A stretch of 64,000 nucleotides of DNA from Hemiscyllium ocellatum. Its lineage: Eukaryota. This document shows positions 36,720-49,439 of this stretch, one piece after another. The notes below the pieces were generated by a model. The model worked only from the letters and a program-made list of their open reading frames with translations. It did no database searches and was not told the origin of the DNA. Each line of letters starts with the position of its first letter. The first letter of the stretch is position 1. The translations under genes and the position numbers were made by a program. The stretch spans positions 2,015,438 to 2,079,437 of the forward strand of contig NC_083427.1 of NCBI RefSeq assembly GCF_020745735.1. Direction: 5' to 3'.

Positions 36720-38600
36720 AATATTTTTCCCATCCCTATTGCCCTTCAGAATTCGTTGATGAGCTGTCGTCTTGAACTACTGCAGTTCGTTTGCACGAAG
36801 TTCACACACAATCCATTAGGGAGGGAATTCCAGCACTTTGAACAAACGAGAGTGAAGGAACGGGTATATATTTCTAAGTCAGGACAATGAATGGCTGGGA
36901 AGGAAATTTGAACGTAGTGGTGTTTCGATACCCTTGAATTTACAGATCGAAAATCTTTTGGGTATGGAGAGTGATGTCTGAAGTTGTGTGGCGAATTCCC
37001 ACAGTGCATCTTGTAAATAGTATACACTCCTGCTCCTGCTTTCTCGGCAGGATGTGAGTGGATGCTTCCGGATGCGGTGCAAATCAATTGGGCTGCTTTG
37101 CTTCCGTTTGTGTCATGTTTCGTGATTGTTTTTGGGACTGCACTCATCAAAGCAAGTGGAAGGTATTAAAAGATGCTTCTGACCTGCAGCTTATAGATTC
37201 TGGGTGGACTTTGATGAGTCAGGAATTGAGTTACTTGCCGCAGTACTTTTAGCCTTTGACCTGTTCTTGTAGTACGTTTGTTCCTATGCAGAATCCAGTT
37301 GAGTTTCTGGTCAATGATAACACCCACGATGTTGATGATGGCAGATACATTGACAGTAACACCATTGAATGTCAATGGGTGGTGATTAGATTTCCTCTTA
37401 TTGGTGCTGTTCATAGAGTGGCATTTATTTGACACGAGTTTTATTTCCTAGGTAAAAACAATGACTGTCGATGCTGGAAACCAGATTCTGGATTAGTGGT
37501 GCTGGAAAAGCACAGCAGTTCAGGCCGTATTCGAATAGCAGGAAAATCGTCGTTTCAGGCAAAAGTCCTTCATCAGGAATGCAGGCAGAGTGCCTGAAGA
37601 CCACCCTCCTCTCATTTATCTCTCCACCTTTCACGCACTCTGCCTGTATTCCAGATGAAGGGTTTTTACCCAAATCGCCGATTTTCCTGCTCCCCGGATG
37701 CTGCCTGAAATGCTGTACTTTTCCAGCACCACTAATCTACGAATGTTATTTCCCACTTTTTAGTCCAGTATTATTTTCAAGGTGAAATGTTTCAATCCGT
37801 GAGGAGTCACGGACGGAGCAAACCATTTTGCAATCATCCCGAATATTCCCACTTCAGACCTTATGATGGAATGAAGGTCATTGATGAAGTAGCTGAAGAT
37901 GTTTGGGCTAAGCACAGTAGCCTGATGAAATCCTGCAGAAATGCCTTCGACCTGAGATTACTGAACTTCCACACCCACAAACATTCCCTGATATTCCAGG
38001 TATGCCTTCAAACGGTTGGGATTTTCCCCGTTAGCAATTGATTCAATTTTTGCTCGGACTTATTGATGACAAATTTAGTGGGATGCGGCCTCGATGACAA
38101 CGGCTGTTACCTTCTCCTCACCTCTGTAATTCAGATCTTTTGTCCATGTTTCAATCAAAGCTGGAATGAGATCCGGAGCTGGGTGGTCAAAGCGGATACC
38201 AAACTGAGCATAACTGAACAGGTTTTTGCTGAGCATGTGCTATTGTAGCATTGTTGTTGGCACCTTCCATTGCTACACTAATGATCAAGAGGAGACTGAT
38301 GGGACTGATTTGTCCAGCTTATTGTGTACAGGACATACCCGGGCAATGTGCGACCATTGTTGGGTAGACACCAGTGTTGTACATGTGCTGGAACAGCTAT
38401 GCTACGGAAGTAGCAAGTTGTGGAGCACTAATCTTCACTACGATTTCCAGAATGTTGTCAGGGTCTGTAGCATTTGCAGTATCTAGTGTCACCAATCGCT
38501 TCTAGATATCACGTGGAGTGAATCGAATTGTCTGAAAATTGTATCTGCAATGCTGGGGAACATTGGAATTGGCAAAGATACACACAGAACTCCTAGCTCA
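36720..38600 (-). mobile_element. L2/Crack-like LINE 3' portion, interrupted by a Penelope fold-back
   Basis: ORF 37166-37435 INIVGVIIDQKLNW...GQRLKVLRQVT...IYKLQVRSI; ORF 36746-37150 VYTIYKMHC...DLEIYTRSF...WNSLPN. Confidence 0.85.
37491..37737. mobile_element. Penelope-derived fold-back element, two head-to-head degenerate hammerhead units
   Basis: The arm at 37491-37593 is an imperfect reverse complement of 37635-37737, with a 41-nt spacer. Each arm holds a mutated CTGATGA-stem-GAAA core. Confidence 0.85.
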
Positions 38601-39649
38601 AGATGTTGCAACCGCCTAAGCCTCATCTTTTGCTCTAATGTGCGAAGCGTTTCTACAAAAATAATTATTCACTCATCAAAGGAAATGAGCACTTCCATGT
38701 TGTAAACAATGTCAGCACCAGGTTCACAAATGAATGACATTGAAAGCCCACCACATTTACCAGGAAAATAGGTTTAATCACTTAACTTAATGGGACACAA
38801 TGAAACATCCCTTATCATTTCCATTGAATTTAAAGGACAGTTAAATGATGAAACCGTAAATAGGCTGACTTTGATTCTGTCAAATCACCCCGAGAGGTAT
38901 TCTGCCCTGAAATAATTTTCGTCTATTCCATAGGCAGAGAATTCTAACCAACAATTTCTCGGAGACTTTTGTTATAGTCTTGAAAAAACGACAGCTCAAA
39001 GTGTATGAAGATGTTGCATGAAATTTATCTATTCATTAATGCATGAAATTATGCCTCAATTAGCCAAACGTTTAAAATTGGAATCAGTGTTCAACTGCGA
39101 TAAGACTACAGAGAACAAGGGGCAATCTTCCATCCATTCGACGCAGAATTGTGCATAAAGAATGAGATACAGCATGGGTTATGACCTTAGATGCTTTACA
39201 AGGTTGCGTGAATATGTGGGGTTCTCCTGTATATATACGTGGCAACGATGAGAGAGGAGAATCCGATTTTCATTGTGCAATGTTGACTGAGAAAGCAACG
39301 TCATTGAGCTGTCACAGTGCATTTAAAAGGAAGGTCGGCATTGAGTTTAATTTAGTTTTGAAACAGGGTTGTGAGAGAAGGCAGACCATTTGAGTTAATT
39401 TAGCCACGAATCTGGACCAAGTCCTGACGAATGAGCATGTAGTTCGCAGTCATTTTTACAGCTTATGGAGAGTTAGGGAATTGTAAAACTACTTCAGGAT
39501 TGTTGCAATGTATGACGGGTGATTAGGCAGTACAGTTATTTGCAGAGGCATTAAGGCTAAAGTAGAGGAAGTTGAGCATTTGTGTTATTATTCAGGACTG
39601 AAGAAGAGCAGGGAAATGCCACAGGTTTAATTATCATCATCTGGTTCAT

Positions 39650-40350
39650 TTACACCAACCTTGCATCACAAGGTGAGAACGAGCAATATTTGCTTATTAT
39701 TCTACAAAGTTAAGCCCTACCTGGGACTGCTCATATCCTGCTAAGTCCATAGACAAACAGAGCAAGTCCTTGACAGCATTGGGGCTTTGAACTGAAGTGC
39801 CAAACAACATAGGAAATAAGCACTGACTCATCATCATCAGTAAAAAAACTCACCATTGCCTCTTCAATGTTATTAACAGTTCTCACATCTGTCTTATCCA
39901 TATCTTAGTGCTTAGTATTTAGCCAAAACTGACTGCATCAATCATATAAATACCATTGCTGCCAGAACACACCCGAAAGTTTCAATTTCGCATTGCATAA
40001 TTGAACTCCTGACTTCACAATATTTTTGCTATAACGACACATCAGTATTCCCATATGTGATGAAAGCTTTTCCATTGGCTCAGATGAGTGCAGCTTCATC
40101 AGCATGACAGAAGCTGACACCAGCCAAACAAAGCATGTCCATTTGGTTGGCACCTCATCAACCACCTTCAACGAGCACGACAGTCACACACATTTCCAAA
40201 AGTGTGTAATATGAACAAAATTCACCTCCAAAGATTTTTGATTACATTAATTTCCAAACTGCGATACTGAAACAGCGACAATCGCAAGGGACGCCGATGC
40301 ATATTCACTTTGCCAACGGCAAATTCTCTTCTATGCCATACCCAATACTT
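39650..40350 (+). mobile_element. Decayed L2/Crack-like LINE fragment
   Basis: catttggttggcacctcatcaaccaccttcaac matches the same family as 36.7-38.6 kb in the opposite orientation. Confidence 0.5.
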
Positions 40351-40479
40351 ACACAGAACTCGACCAACATTCCTTTCATAGTTGATATTTGCAAATCCTG
40401 GCATCACTTCCAACAATGCTGTCGGTATCTTCACAGGGAACGATGAAAGTTAACAAAGTATCCACCCGCCACCCCCACA

Positions 40480-40860
40480 TGGCAAGTTCGGAATGATAAT
40501 ACTTCAATATATAATGTCCTGGAGAGCGATACCCTCGTCCGATGATGATTACAAAGTGTGATGATGAGAGATTTATGCAGGGTTATGGAGGAAAGGGGAA
40601 GCTTTCCATCATTTTCAGATTAATACAAGGCTAACAGATGCGCAGAATTTCTTTTGGAAAAGAAAGTGGTGCATGGTTAAAAACTGAGATTTTGGAAATA
40701 ATGTGAATTATAATCTGATGAAGGAGAATGGCAGGGAATTTGATTTCTGTTAATATACATCTGCGCAGAGAGAGCAATGAAGAGGGATTAGTTGCAAACT
40801 CCTAGGGGGTTAATGGGTGGACAGAGTCCAAATTAAATGTATAGATATTTTTCTATAACA
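40480..40860 (+). mobile_element. CR1 LINE 3' fragment
   Basis: aatgtcctggagagcga...gagatttatgcagggttatggaggaaagggg...gtggtgcatggttaaaaactg is a CR1 C-terminus. Confidence 0.6.
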
Positions 40861-42699
40861 AACTATCATATTATTGATAAGTTTCGTACGCTTTGTTTTG
40901 GTACGTGGCGACCATAATGCATCTTGTATCAGTCACTTTCATATTTTTCTGTGAGTCATGTGTAACCATGGACTCTGTTCACCACAGTCATCAGTGTCAG
41001 GCAGCGTTCCTACACAGGCTCACTGGCTTGCTGAAAACAGTCAGTGTCAAAAAGGAAGTCATTCATCATTGTCTTCAATTCTTGACATTTAACGGAGAAA
41101 ATGAACGCTGCACATTTGGGTTGATATAAGCTTAACAACAGATTGGTGCAACGTTTGTGTGGAATATTCATTCCTATCAAGTCGAACATCTGCGAGATGT
41201 TTAAATGTAGTGTCCTAAACTTTGTCTTTTCCTTTAGTAATTCATTCTGTCATGTTTACTTAGCCTTCTGCGAGGTCTAAACTGGGGGAATTTGATGTAC
41301 GTTAGCTGCGTCAGAAACCACTTTTGGCCCCTTGATATCCCTGATTTACCATATGTTACACATTATCACGTAAACATTTATTTATAAAGAATGGAATATA
41401 TCAACTAAACTGCTCGACATGTTTGGACACGTCTTTACCGCAGTTGAAACCTGATCCTACAACGTCAGTACCATGTCTCAGCCAATATTACAGTGACGAA
41501 GCATTTACTGAGCAGTGTGTCATTGGAGTCTTCTCAATAATTCGAATCAGCTTCCAACCAGTGCATCGAAATGACTTGCTCTTTTCGTTCTTATAAATGA
41601 AAATGATCGTTTCTCATTAACATGTGATTATTTAATTTCGAATCTTCAGATGAGCATAACATTAGTAATGCTGAGAATATTTTTTTGCTTCTATTATTAG
41701 AGAAAACAGAACGCACTTGAACACATGGAGACACCTGCCTGGAGCGAGAACTCCAAGGAGATATATTATTTCTCATCATCTGTCTCTCCTTCATTGACTG
41801 TCCGACATCCCAGAGGAAGATCATTCAGTGTTTAAATATATTTTGATCGTTTCCAAACTCAGTTTCAAATGAATTTGATCATTACACAAGACCACGTAGA
41901 AGGATTCATGTTAACACGACGGAACAAAACATTTGAAGAGCAGGTCGATTTTAATCTGAAGCCTATACTGCAATTGAAATTGATACACGTCTTTCTACAC
42001 GTTATCCGATGTAATCGACTGATCTGAATACGTTTTGACTTGATTTCATTCATATCGACACAATTTGTCTTGAAGTCTCCATCTGCTATTAGCAGTGGTG
42101 AGCGGAGAGACAATTGGAAATGGATAACATCCTTTGAGCATCACAGATTCAACTGTGAAGACGTGCCACAGTCTGATGAATCTGTCTGTAGGACGCCAAA
42201 CAGGATTTGAACAAGACACCCAATACCTGAAAATTGGGTGTCTTAACATTCCAAATAAACATTTAACATCATTAGTATTTTGATTCCATTTCCATCTACT
42301 TTTACAGCCTTCTTTGCTCAACATTCAGATTCACAACTTCAGACGATGAACATTGTCATTAATTTCGAAGCTTATTTTTCCTCAGAGTGTTCTTAATTCT
42401 TTCAGAGTGATTGACGTCATTTGAACCTTTTACCTCCATTTTCATTCACTGTGGAACAATGTTATGTCTCGTTTGTGCAATAACCCCAACAGCTCTTTTT
42501 TTGTCTCATTGTGCAATATGATCTTCTGTCACCCTAGTCTCAAAACCTTTCCTCGAGCTTCCGTTTTGTTTATATCGTTTTCATTGTTCGGCACTTTGCA
42601 GACTCCAAGACTCAATACTGGATTCCATAGCCTCAGAGCCGACCGTATGATTTGTGTTATTCATTTTCCTCATATTCTTCCCATGCCCTCCCACTCAGA

Positions 42700-43020
42700 A
42701 TTTGGCTTATCTGTCTTTTGTTTACTTTTCTGTTAGTAGACATGACTCGTTTTTTTCCCTTCACCCCTCAATGAACGCCCATTATACATCCCTATTTCTC
42801 TTTCAACATCATTAACAATTTTTTTGTACTCGCCCTCGTCATTACCTGTTCTCTTCGCACCTATCTACTTCTTTCAGACACATTAAATAAAAACGCCTTT
42901 CTATACCAGTGAGTTGCGAAGAACAGTCACACTCGACTTGAAACATTAATTTTGTTTCTTTCTCCACAGGTACTGCCAGATATGCTGAGTATAATCCAAA
43001 AACTGCTGCAGTGATTTCAT
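42700..43020 (+). mobile_element. Penelope-like 3' end with degenerate hammerhead
   Basis: gcgaagaacagtcacactcgacttgaaacattaattttgtttctttctccacaggtactgccagatatgctgag matches the shark PLE 3' terminus. Confidence 0.6.
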
Positions 43021-44499
43021 AACGCCTCTTTGTCAGTCTACTCATCTTTCCAATACACTGCACGACCTATGGTAAGTGTAGGGGAATTTCCTCATCCGGC
43101 ATTCTGACGTCCCAGTGACAAATGTACGCACCACGCATTGTACCAGCCTCGGTCAATCGATGCAAGGATTCATATGGTTGATGGGAAATAGTGAATCTTC
43201 TCTGCCCTGCCATTGTAGCGACACACATTGACAGTGTCAGGAAGCATCCCAGTGCACATTGAAGTATTGCAATATTGAATCATTTTGCACAGAATGAATT
43301 CAAATGCTCAATGACAGTCAGTTGAACAAAAGGCCCTCTTTCATTTCAGTTTGTTTTTCGAAATATGATGAATGATAAACATTTATTTCGATTACATTCA
43401 AACAATTGTCTAAAATAACATAATACCAGGAAGTGACAAAAACAAAACCGACATTGTGTGCAAATTTGCATCAGTTTGCAGATTATTTTGTGGACATGGA
43501 TAATCATACAAATCCTCAGCAGACTATGAAAGTCTTGGTGTGATTGCCTGTATAAACATAACTGCCTATCTTCTGTGAATGCGCAAATACTTGTTGGGTA
43601 TTGAGTGCAACATTCCTGAGCAAAACTTGCTGAAGGCAAGGACGCGTTGAGATTTTTTGACAAGATTTGCAGCTCCGTTTGTGGAGCAGGTTGTTGGTTT
43701 TCTCGTTGTGCTCATGGTTTTGCTTTCAAAAGTTTCATTGCCGTGCTGGATAGAGTCATCAGTGAGCCTCCAGTGAAGTATTGCTATTCTGTGTCGCTTG
43801 GTTCTGACGTTACTTGGTTTGTTGTGATGGGTGGCATCATGTCCGGTTCGACTTCTGAGAGGTTGACAAATGGGCTCTAAATCTCTATGTTTGTTATCAG
43901 AGTTCTGTTTTCACACCCAGGGATATCGTAATTACCACGTGTGTTTGTTTGACATGACAAAGCATGAATGAATTATTCAAGTCGAAATGGATAGACAGAC
44001 ATGCAGGCCGGTAGGCAGGCAGATAGAAGATGCAACTTTCTTTCCTGTGACAGGTTATAAACTAAAAGTTGAACAGCTAATTGGTTTGTACTACTGATTA
44101 GTCGTAAACATTGGAACCTCAGCTGGGGACATCCCAAAATGCAGAAAATAATACGGATTGAAAAGTTACACTGAGCAGGACATTCATCCTCTTGAAGAGT
44201 TTCGAGTTCCACATTGTGTCTATTTTTTGGATGTTAGAATTCTCGCTCAAAATATATAGAAAATGATGAACAAATGATTGAAAAATAGCATGCTGATGGA
44301 CAAAATAAATATTATAGAATTACAAAAAGTGCTTTGAAAGCATCTTCTTTGCAGTTCATGCAGAAATGTGGAAACTAGTCAGCCGAGTTATGCAAGTATT
44401 AACTTGCTGATTTGCACATTGATACGTTTGAACGAAAGTAAGTGTACAGAGATCGATGGAGAAGTCAGAAGTCAGTTTACAGAGATATCGTTATTTATA

Positions 44500-44720
44500 G
44501 TTGACTTTTGTCCAATGGGATGAGTCGATGCATAATAGATAAATCGATAGATGGATAAATAGACAGACAGATAGACAGATAGACAGATCATGCGGTACAT
44601 AGATCGCTCGATGAATCGGTAGATGGATCGATTGATGTATACATAGATGGCTAGATAGATGTATAGCTAGATATGTTGGTAGGTAGATAGATACGTGTGT
44701 AGATAGATATGTGAACAGAG
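44500..44720. repeat. Degenerate (GATA/GACA)n microsatellite
   Basis: gatagatggataaatagacagacagatagacagatagacagatc... Confidence 0.9.
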
Positions 44721-45389
44721 ATTGGAGTGCAAAAGAGTGTTATGGAGGTAGAGAATGCAGAGGAAGTAGATGTGGAAGGAGAGTCATGATATTGGGAATA
44801 ACAAGTGCCATGCATCTACCTACAGCTAATTAAAATCTTACAGCGGGAATCAGAATCAATTAATATATCGTTATGGCTCGGTAACTCAAAATTGACCTCT
44901 CAAGTTCCATTGATAGCTGGTGCATATAAATGCCTCAAGAGGATTCAAAGCCATAATGAGATTTTAATCAATAATACAGAGCAGAACTTGTCCGCATGAG
45001 GGAAGTGTTAATGATCCAGTGTCCAACGGCATAAACAAAACATGTGGCATAATCCATACTGCATTAATGGGACAAAAATGGATTGTATCTCAAAGAAACG
45101 AAATGATTACTTTCTACTTCAATTCTTAAATATTTTTTCTAGGTGTGAGAAGAGAAATGCATTACCTCTGCATGACCATACAATTGAAATATGGTTCCAA
45201 GGATGAGATGACAAGGCAACTCCTTTTACGGATCGTAGAGGCAAGTCCAATTCTCTTTTGGGCAGGAGCTGGGATTACAGGTGGTTGCATGCTCTGCGTT
45301 AATGCAACAGCTACAGTCCAGGAACTGTACATGGTCGTGACTCCCAATAGTTGCCTGTCAGTGTTGAACATTGCATGAATGTTTACATG

Positions 45390-45546
45390 AATGTTCAGAC
45401 TTTGTGTTCTCTGTTATTGAGTCATAGGGTCATTGAGGCGTACTGCACGGAAACAGACCCTTTTGTCCACTGGTCCATTCCTACCAGCTATCTTAACCTA
45501 ATCCAGTCCCGTTTGACAGCGCTTGGCGCATGTCCCTCTAAACACG

Positions 45547-45582
<36 letters not shown>

Positions 45583-46330
45583 CCTTTTAAGTGCTGTCAA
45601 TGTACCAGCCTACACCACATCCTGTGGCAGCTCATTCCATACATACCTCACCCACTGTGTTAATGCGTTGCCCCTTCGGTCCCATTTAAATCTTTCACCT
45701 TTAACACTAAAACTATGCCCTCCAGTTCTTAACTTCCCCCATCTCAAGTAAAAGACATTGTACATTTATAATAACCATGCTTTTTGCGATTTTACAAACC
45801 TCGATAAGTTTAACTCTCAGCTTCCGAATCTCCAGAGAAAAGAGGTCCAGACTATTCAGTCTCATCCTACAGGTCATGTCCTCCAACCATAAAAACATCT
45901 TTATAAATCGTTTCTGCACCCTTTCAAGTTTCAAAAACATCCTTCCGATAGGGAGGAAACCAGACCTGCACGCACCATTCAAAACGTGGCCGAACCAATG
46001 CCCTGCACAGCCGCAAGATGACCTCATAACTCCCATATTCAATACACTGTAGAACAACATTATAACAAACGACTCCTGACTATTCTCTCTACGTGCGAAT
46101 TTACCTTCAAGAAACTATGAACCTGCACTCCGATGTCTCTTGGTTCAGAAACAGCCCCCGGGACTGTATCATTGAGGGTGCAAGTCCTGCTTTATTTGCT
46201 TTCCAAAAATGCAGCGCCTCGCATTTATCTAAATTAAACTCCATCTGCCATTCCTCAACCTATTGGCATATATGATCAAGATCCCGTTGTACTCTGAGGT
46301 AATCTTCTTCACTGTCTACTATACCTTAAA
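45390..46330 (-). mobile_element. CR1 LINE 3' fragment containing a (TA)n microsatellite (about 45550-45582)
   Basis: ORF 45713-46060 LKLERVQKRFIKM...LDLFSLEIRKLRVKLIEVCKI. Confidence 0.85.
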
Positions 46331-46419
46331 TTTTGGTGCTTTCTCCAGAAGACTGTGCAGTAGAGTCAGAGGTTATTCGATGAGTTCAAATGGACACATT
46401 TTATTTAACCGAGGTAGAA

Positions 46420-46620
46420 GTGGCTACTGCAGATTCTGGAAATTAGAGTAAAGATTAGAGTCGTGTGTGAAAAGCACAGCAGGTCAGGCAGCATCCGAGG
46501 AGCAGGTAAATCGAAGTTCCTTCCTGATGAAGGGCCTTTGCCCGTAACGTCGATTTTCCTGCTCCTCGATTGCTGCCTGACATGTTGTGCTTTTCCAGCA
46601 CTTCTCTAACCTTGATTTAC
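46420..46620. mobile_element. Penelope-derived fold-back with a near-intact hammerhead in the centre
   Basis: Arms 46469-46518 and 46546-46595 are inverted. The centre reads CTGATGA(46524-46530)-A-GGGC-CTTT-GCCC-GTAA-CGTC, so the core GAAA is mutated to GTAA. Confidence 0.85.
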
Positions 46621-46819
46621 TGTTTCAAATATACTGAAGACTGAAGTATATTTGACTATGCAACAACATACATAAACTTTCAGGGTTTTGAAAGTGAATG
46701 ACAATTTCAGAAATTGAATCAAATATTCAATGTTGGATGCAGTAAACTATTTAAGAATGTTTGGAAGCTTACGTAGATGACAGAGAAACTAAATGATGAA
46801 ATATCATCAATCATAAGAG

Positions 46820-46990
46820 AGAGGATAAGACCATAAGACCAAAAGAAATAGGGGTTGAAGTCAGGCCATTTCGCTCATCGAATCCACTCCGTCATTGAAT
46901 TATGGTTGATGTGCATTTCAATGCCAATTACCTGCACGCTTCCCATATCTCTTAATTCATTACGAGATTAAGAATTTATCAATCTCTCGG
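46820..46990 (-). mobile_element. CR1 3' terminal fragment
   Basis: ataagaccataagaccaaaagaaatagg..caggccatttcgctcatcga is the antisense of the (TCTTATGG)n-tailed CR1 3' end also seen at 59.1 kb. Confidence 0.7.
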
Positions 46991-48029
46991 TAGTAGAGAA
47001 TAATGAGGGAGGGTGGGCAAAGTATGAATGAAAGTACAGGACATACGAATCAGGAGTTAAAAGTAAAGATAGAAATTTAGAAAAAAAAAATCATCGTTAA
47101 GAAAAGAATGAACACTTTAAAATATCTTCCCGATATAGCACGATTGAAAGAAAGCTGTCATATCCATGACACACGACTTTGCAATCATCTCCCCCCAACC
47201 CCAACAAGAATGACCTACCCAGATCTTCAAACCCGGACAAGGTACTTTGAAAAACGTCTTATCTGCATCTACTTTATTCGCTTTGAAGATGAGACCGTCA
47301 ATTATGTACTCTCCAAAAGTATTTGAAGAATATGGTGATGGCGAACATTCTTAAACTTAAATCCATGCATGCTGATGTACTCATAATGTGATTTGAATGG
47401 GTGTTCTATTGTTATGGAACAGAGTGTCCAAGCATCTACCTGAGAGAAGAAGTACTGAAATGCAAGAGATAATGTGACAGCATATTAAAAAGGAGGCTGA
47501 CAGGTCGACAATACAGATATATTCGTCGAAGAATTGCAATTGAGTTACGTTGTTAGAACACAGTTGCCACCATGACAAAAGAGTAGCGACAATAGAAATT
47601 AATGCTTCGCAATATATAGATTCCTGATTGGAAAAGCAACATCTGAAGTGCAAGAATGATTCTGACTATTTTCATCTCCAGCACGCTGAAAACCAAAATA
47701 TTTAGAACATTCATTAATTTATACACGTCTCCTTGTTTTCAGGATTTATGTCTCACTTCGTCAAAGCTATCGTGGATACTAATATAGTAACAATATCTCC
47801 AATTTATTTCCAATGCAGGGCAGTTTTTTGCGCGGTCTGTCTCAGCGAGAGAATTGATGTGTTTGTGACAAAACTAAGAATGATCCCAACCGAAGTTCTG
47901 CCAGTGCAGGGTCAGTTTCTTTCAAAATTTATCATTCAGTTTTCCCACTTATCTCAGAGTGAGCACTTTACTGTTTCACTAAAGAATCAAAGGCACGTTT
48001 GAGAGGGGGAACGCTGCAATGATCGATTT

Positions 48030-48570
48030 AAAGAGGCATAGAGATGTGCAGCACGAAAAATATCCGTCGATCTCACTCCTCCGTTCCGATCAGACATCCT
48101 AACTCAATCTAGCCTTATTTGCCAGCAATTGTCCCATATCCGTCTAAAAACTTTCTATTTGGAGAACCCATCCAGTTGTATTTTAAATGCTGCAATTGGA
48201 CCAGTTTCCACCACTTCCTCTGGCAGTTCCATTCCAAACACACATGCTCTTTGCGAAAAAATGTGCTGCTTCGATCCCTTTCAAATTTTTCCTCGTCATC
48301 CTAAACCTAATCCCGACAGTGTGGACTCTCGTACTCCGAGGAAAACACTGTTTGTGCTTGCCTTATCCATGTCCCTCATGATTTTCTAAACGTCTACATG
48401 GTCACCACAACCCCCACGCCCAGCATCCAACGCTTCAGGGAAAACAGTCTCAGTCTATTCACCCTCTCCCTACAGCTCTTCAAACCTGACAGCATCATTG
48501 TAAATTTTTTCTGAAACTTTTCAAATTTCACAACATTTTTCCGAAAGGAGGGAGGCCCCAAAAGCACACA
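48030..48570 (-). mobile_element. CR1 LINE 3' fragment
   Basis: Antisense CR1 3' UTR and C-terminus (cttatccatgtccctcatgatttt, cagggaaaacagtctcagtcta). Confidence 0.75.
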
Positions 48571-48581
48571 GGCCCTGGCAG

Positions 48582-49400
48582 GAAAGAAATCGTTCTAGAA
48601 ATGGAACACTTGACAATTCTATTGACAGAAGCTTTGAAATCTTGGATAGAACTCACAGCATCTTCCTGCCTTCTTTCTTTACTGTTTTGGAACGTCTTTG
48701 TATGACTATGAACTCAATTGTACTGTAGCATATAATTAAAATGACGAAATGCCGCCATCAATTGCTGACTCCTTCTTGATTTAAATATCGCTATCATTTT
48801 GGGTATTCAGGCTTCGATACAGTACCTTATTTGATTTTTCCCGCAATGGGAGACGTGGAACCGCTCTTTCATGCTATACTCTGTGAGGTTTCATCGATAT
48901 TTTGTTAACTCAACAGTTATGATCTGTATTGCCATTGACAAATATATTGCTGTTGTCCATCCAGTAAGGATTTGATTCTGTAGAAAGCATTGATACTATA
49001 TTATCCTGTCTGAGATAATGATTTTGGCTGTATTCATTCTAAATCTGGTTGCATTTGCTGAATTGAAAGCAGACTTAGGTTTAGAGAATTCATTCAACTA
49101 TAATCGATTTCTGTTTCGACAATAAGAACTCTTGAAGTTGTTCTGTGAAATTATATTTTTAGCTATCCCTATCCTGATCCTGTTGATTTGGAGCACACAG
49201 TCATAATTCGTAGCATTGTGCAAAAACAAATGGAAGTGGATCTCACAGCTCGAAAAGATCAATGCTCTAAAGGTAGACTTCTGGGATGTAATAAGTAACA
49301 AAGCAAAAGAACAGAAACGCCAAGTCTCCACCTGTGGTCTTTATCATATTCCTCTTGATCAGCTCCATGGATTCCTTTCCAGCTCCAATCCTTAATACTT
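48582..49400 (+). pseudogene. Rhodopsin-like (class A) GPCR pseudogene, copy 1 (N-terminus to TM6; TM7 missing)
   Basis: Reconstruction across frames gives an N-terminus with NRS/NGT sequons, TM1 HSIFLPSFFTVL...MNSIVL*, and TM2 SIADSFLI*ISLSFWV. TM3 is NSTVMICIAIDKYIAVVHP (DKY at 48937-48945, the DRY equivalent), TM5 is LFCEIIFLAIPILILLIW, and TM6 is VVFIIFLLIS. There are several stops and frameshifts. Confidence 0.85.
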
Positions 49401-49439
49401 GTTTTTTTTCTCGTGGCCCGTGATGAGTGGAAAGTATTG

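Noticed and set aside
45143-45378. Plus-strand acceptor ttctAG|GTGTG with a 77-codon ORF, reminiscent of a V-exon start
   Set aside because: There are no V-domain Cys/Trp landmarks and no RSS.
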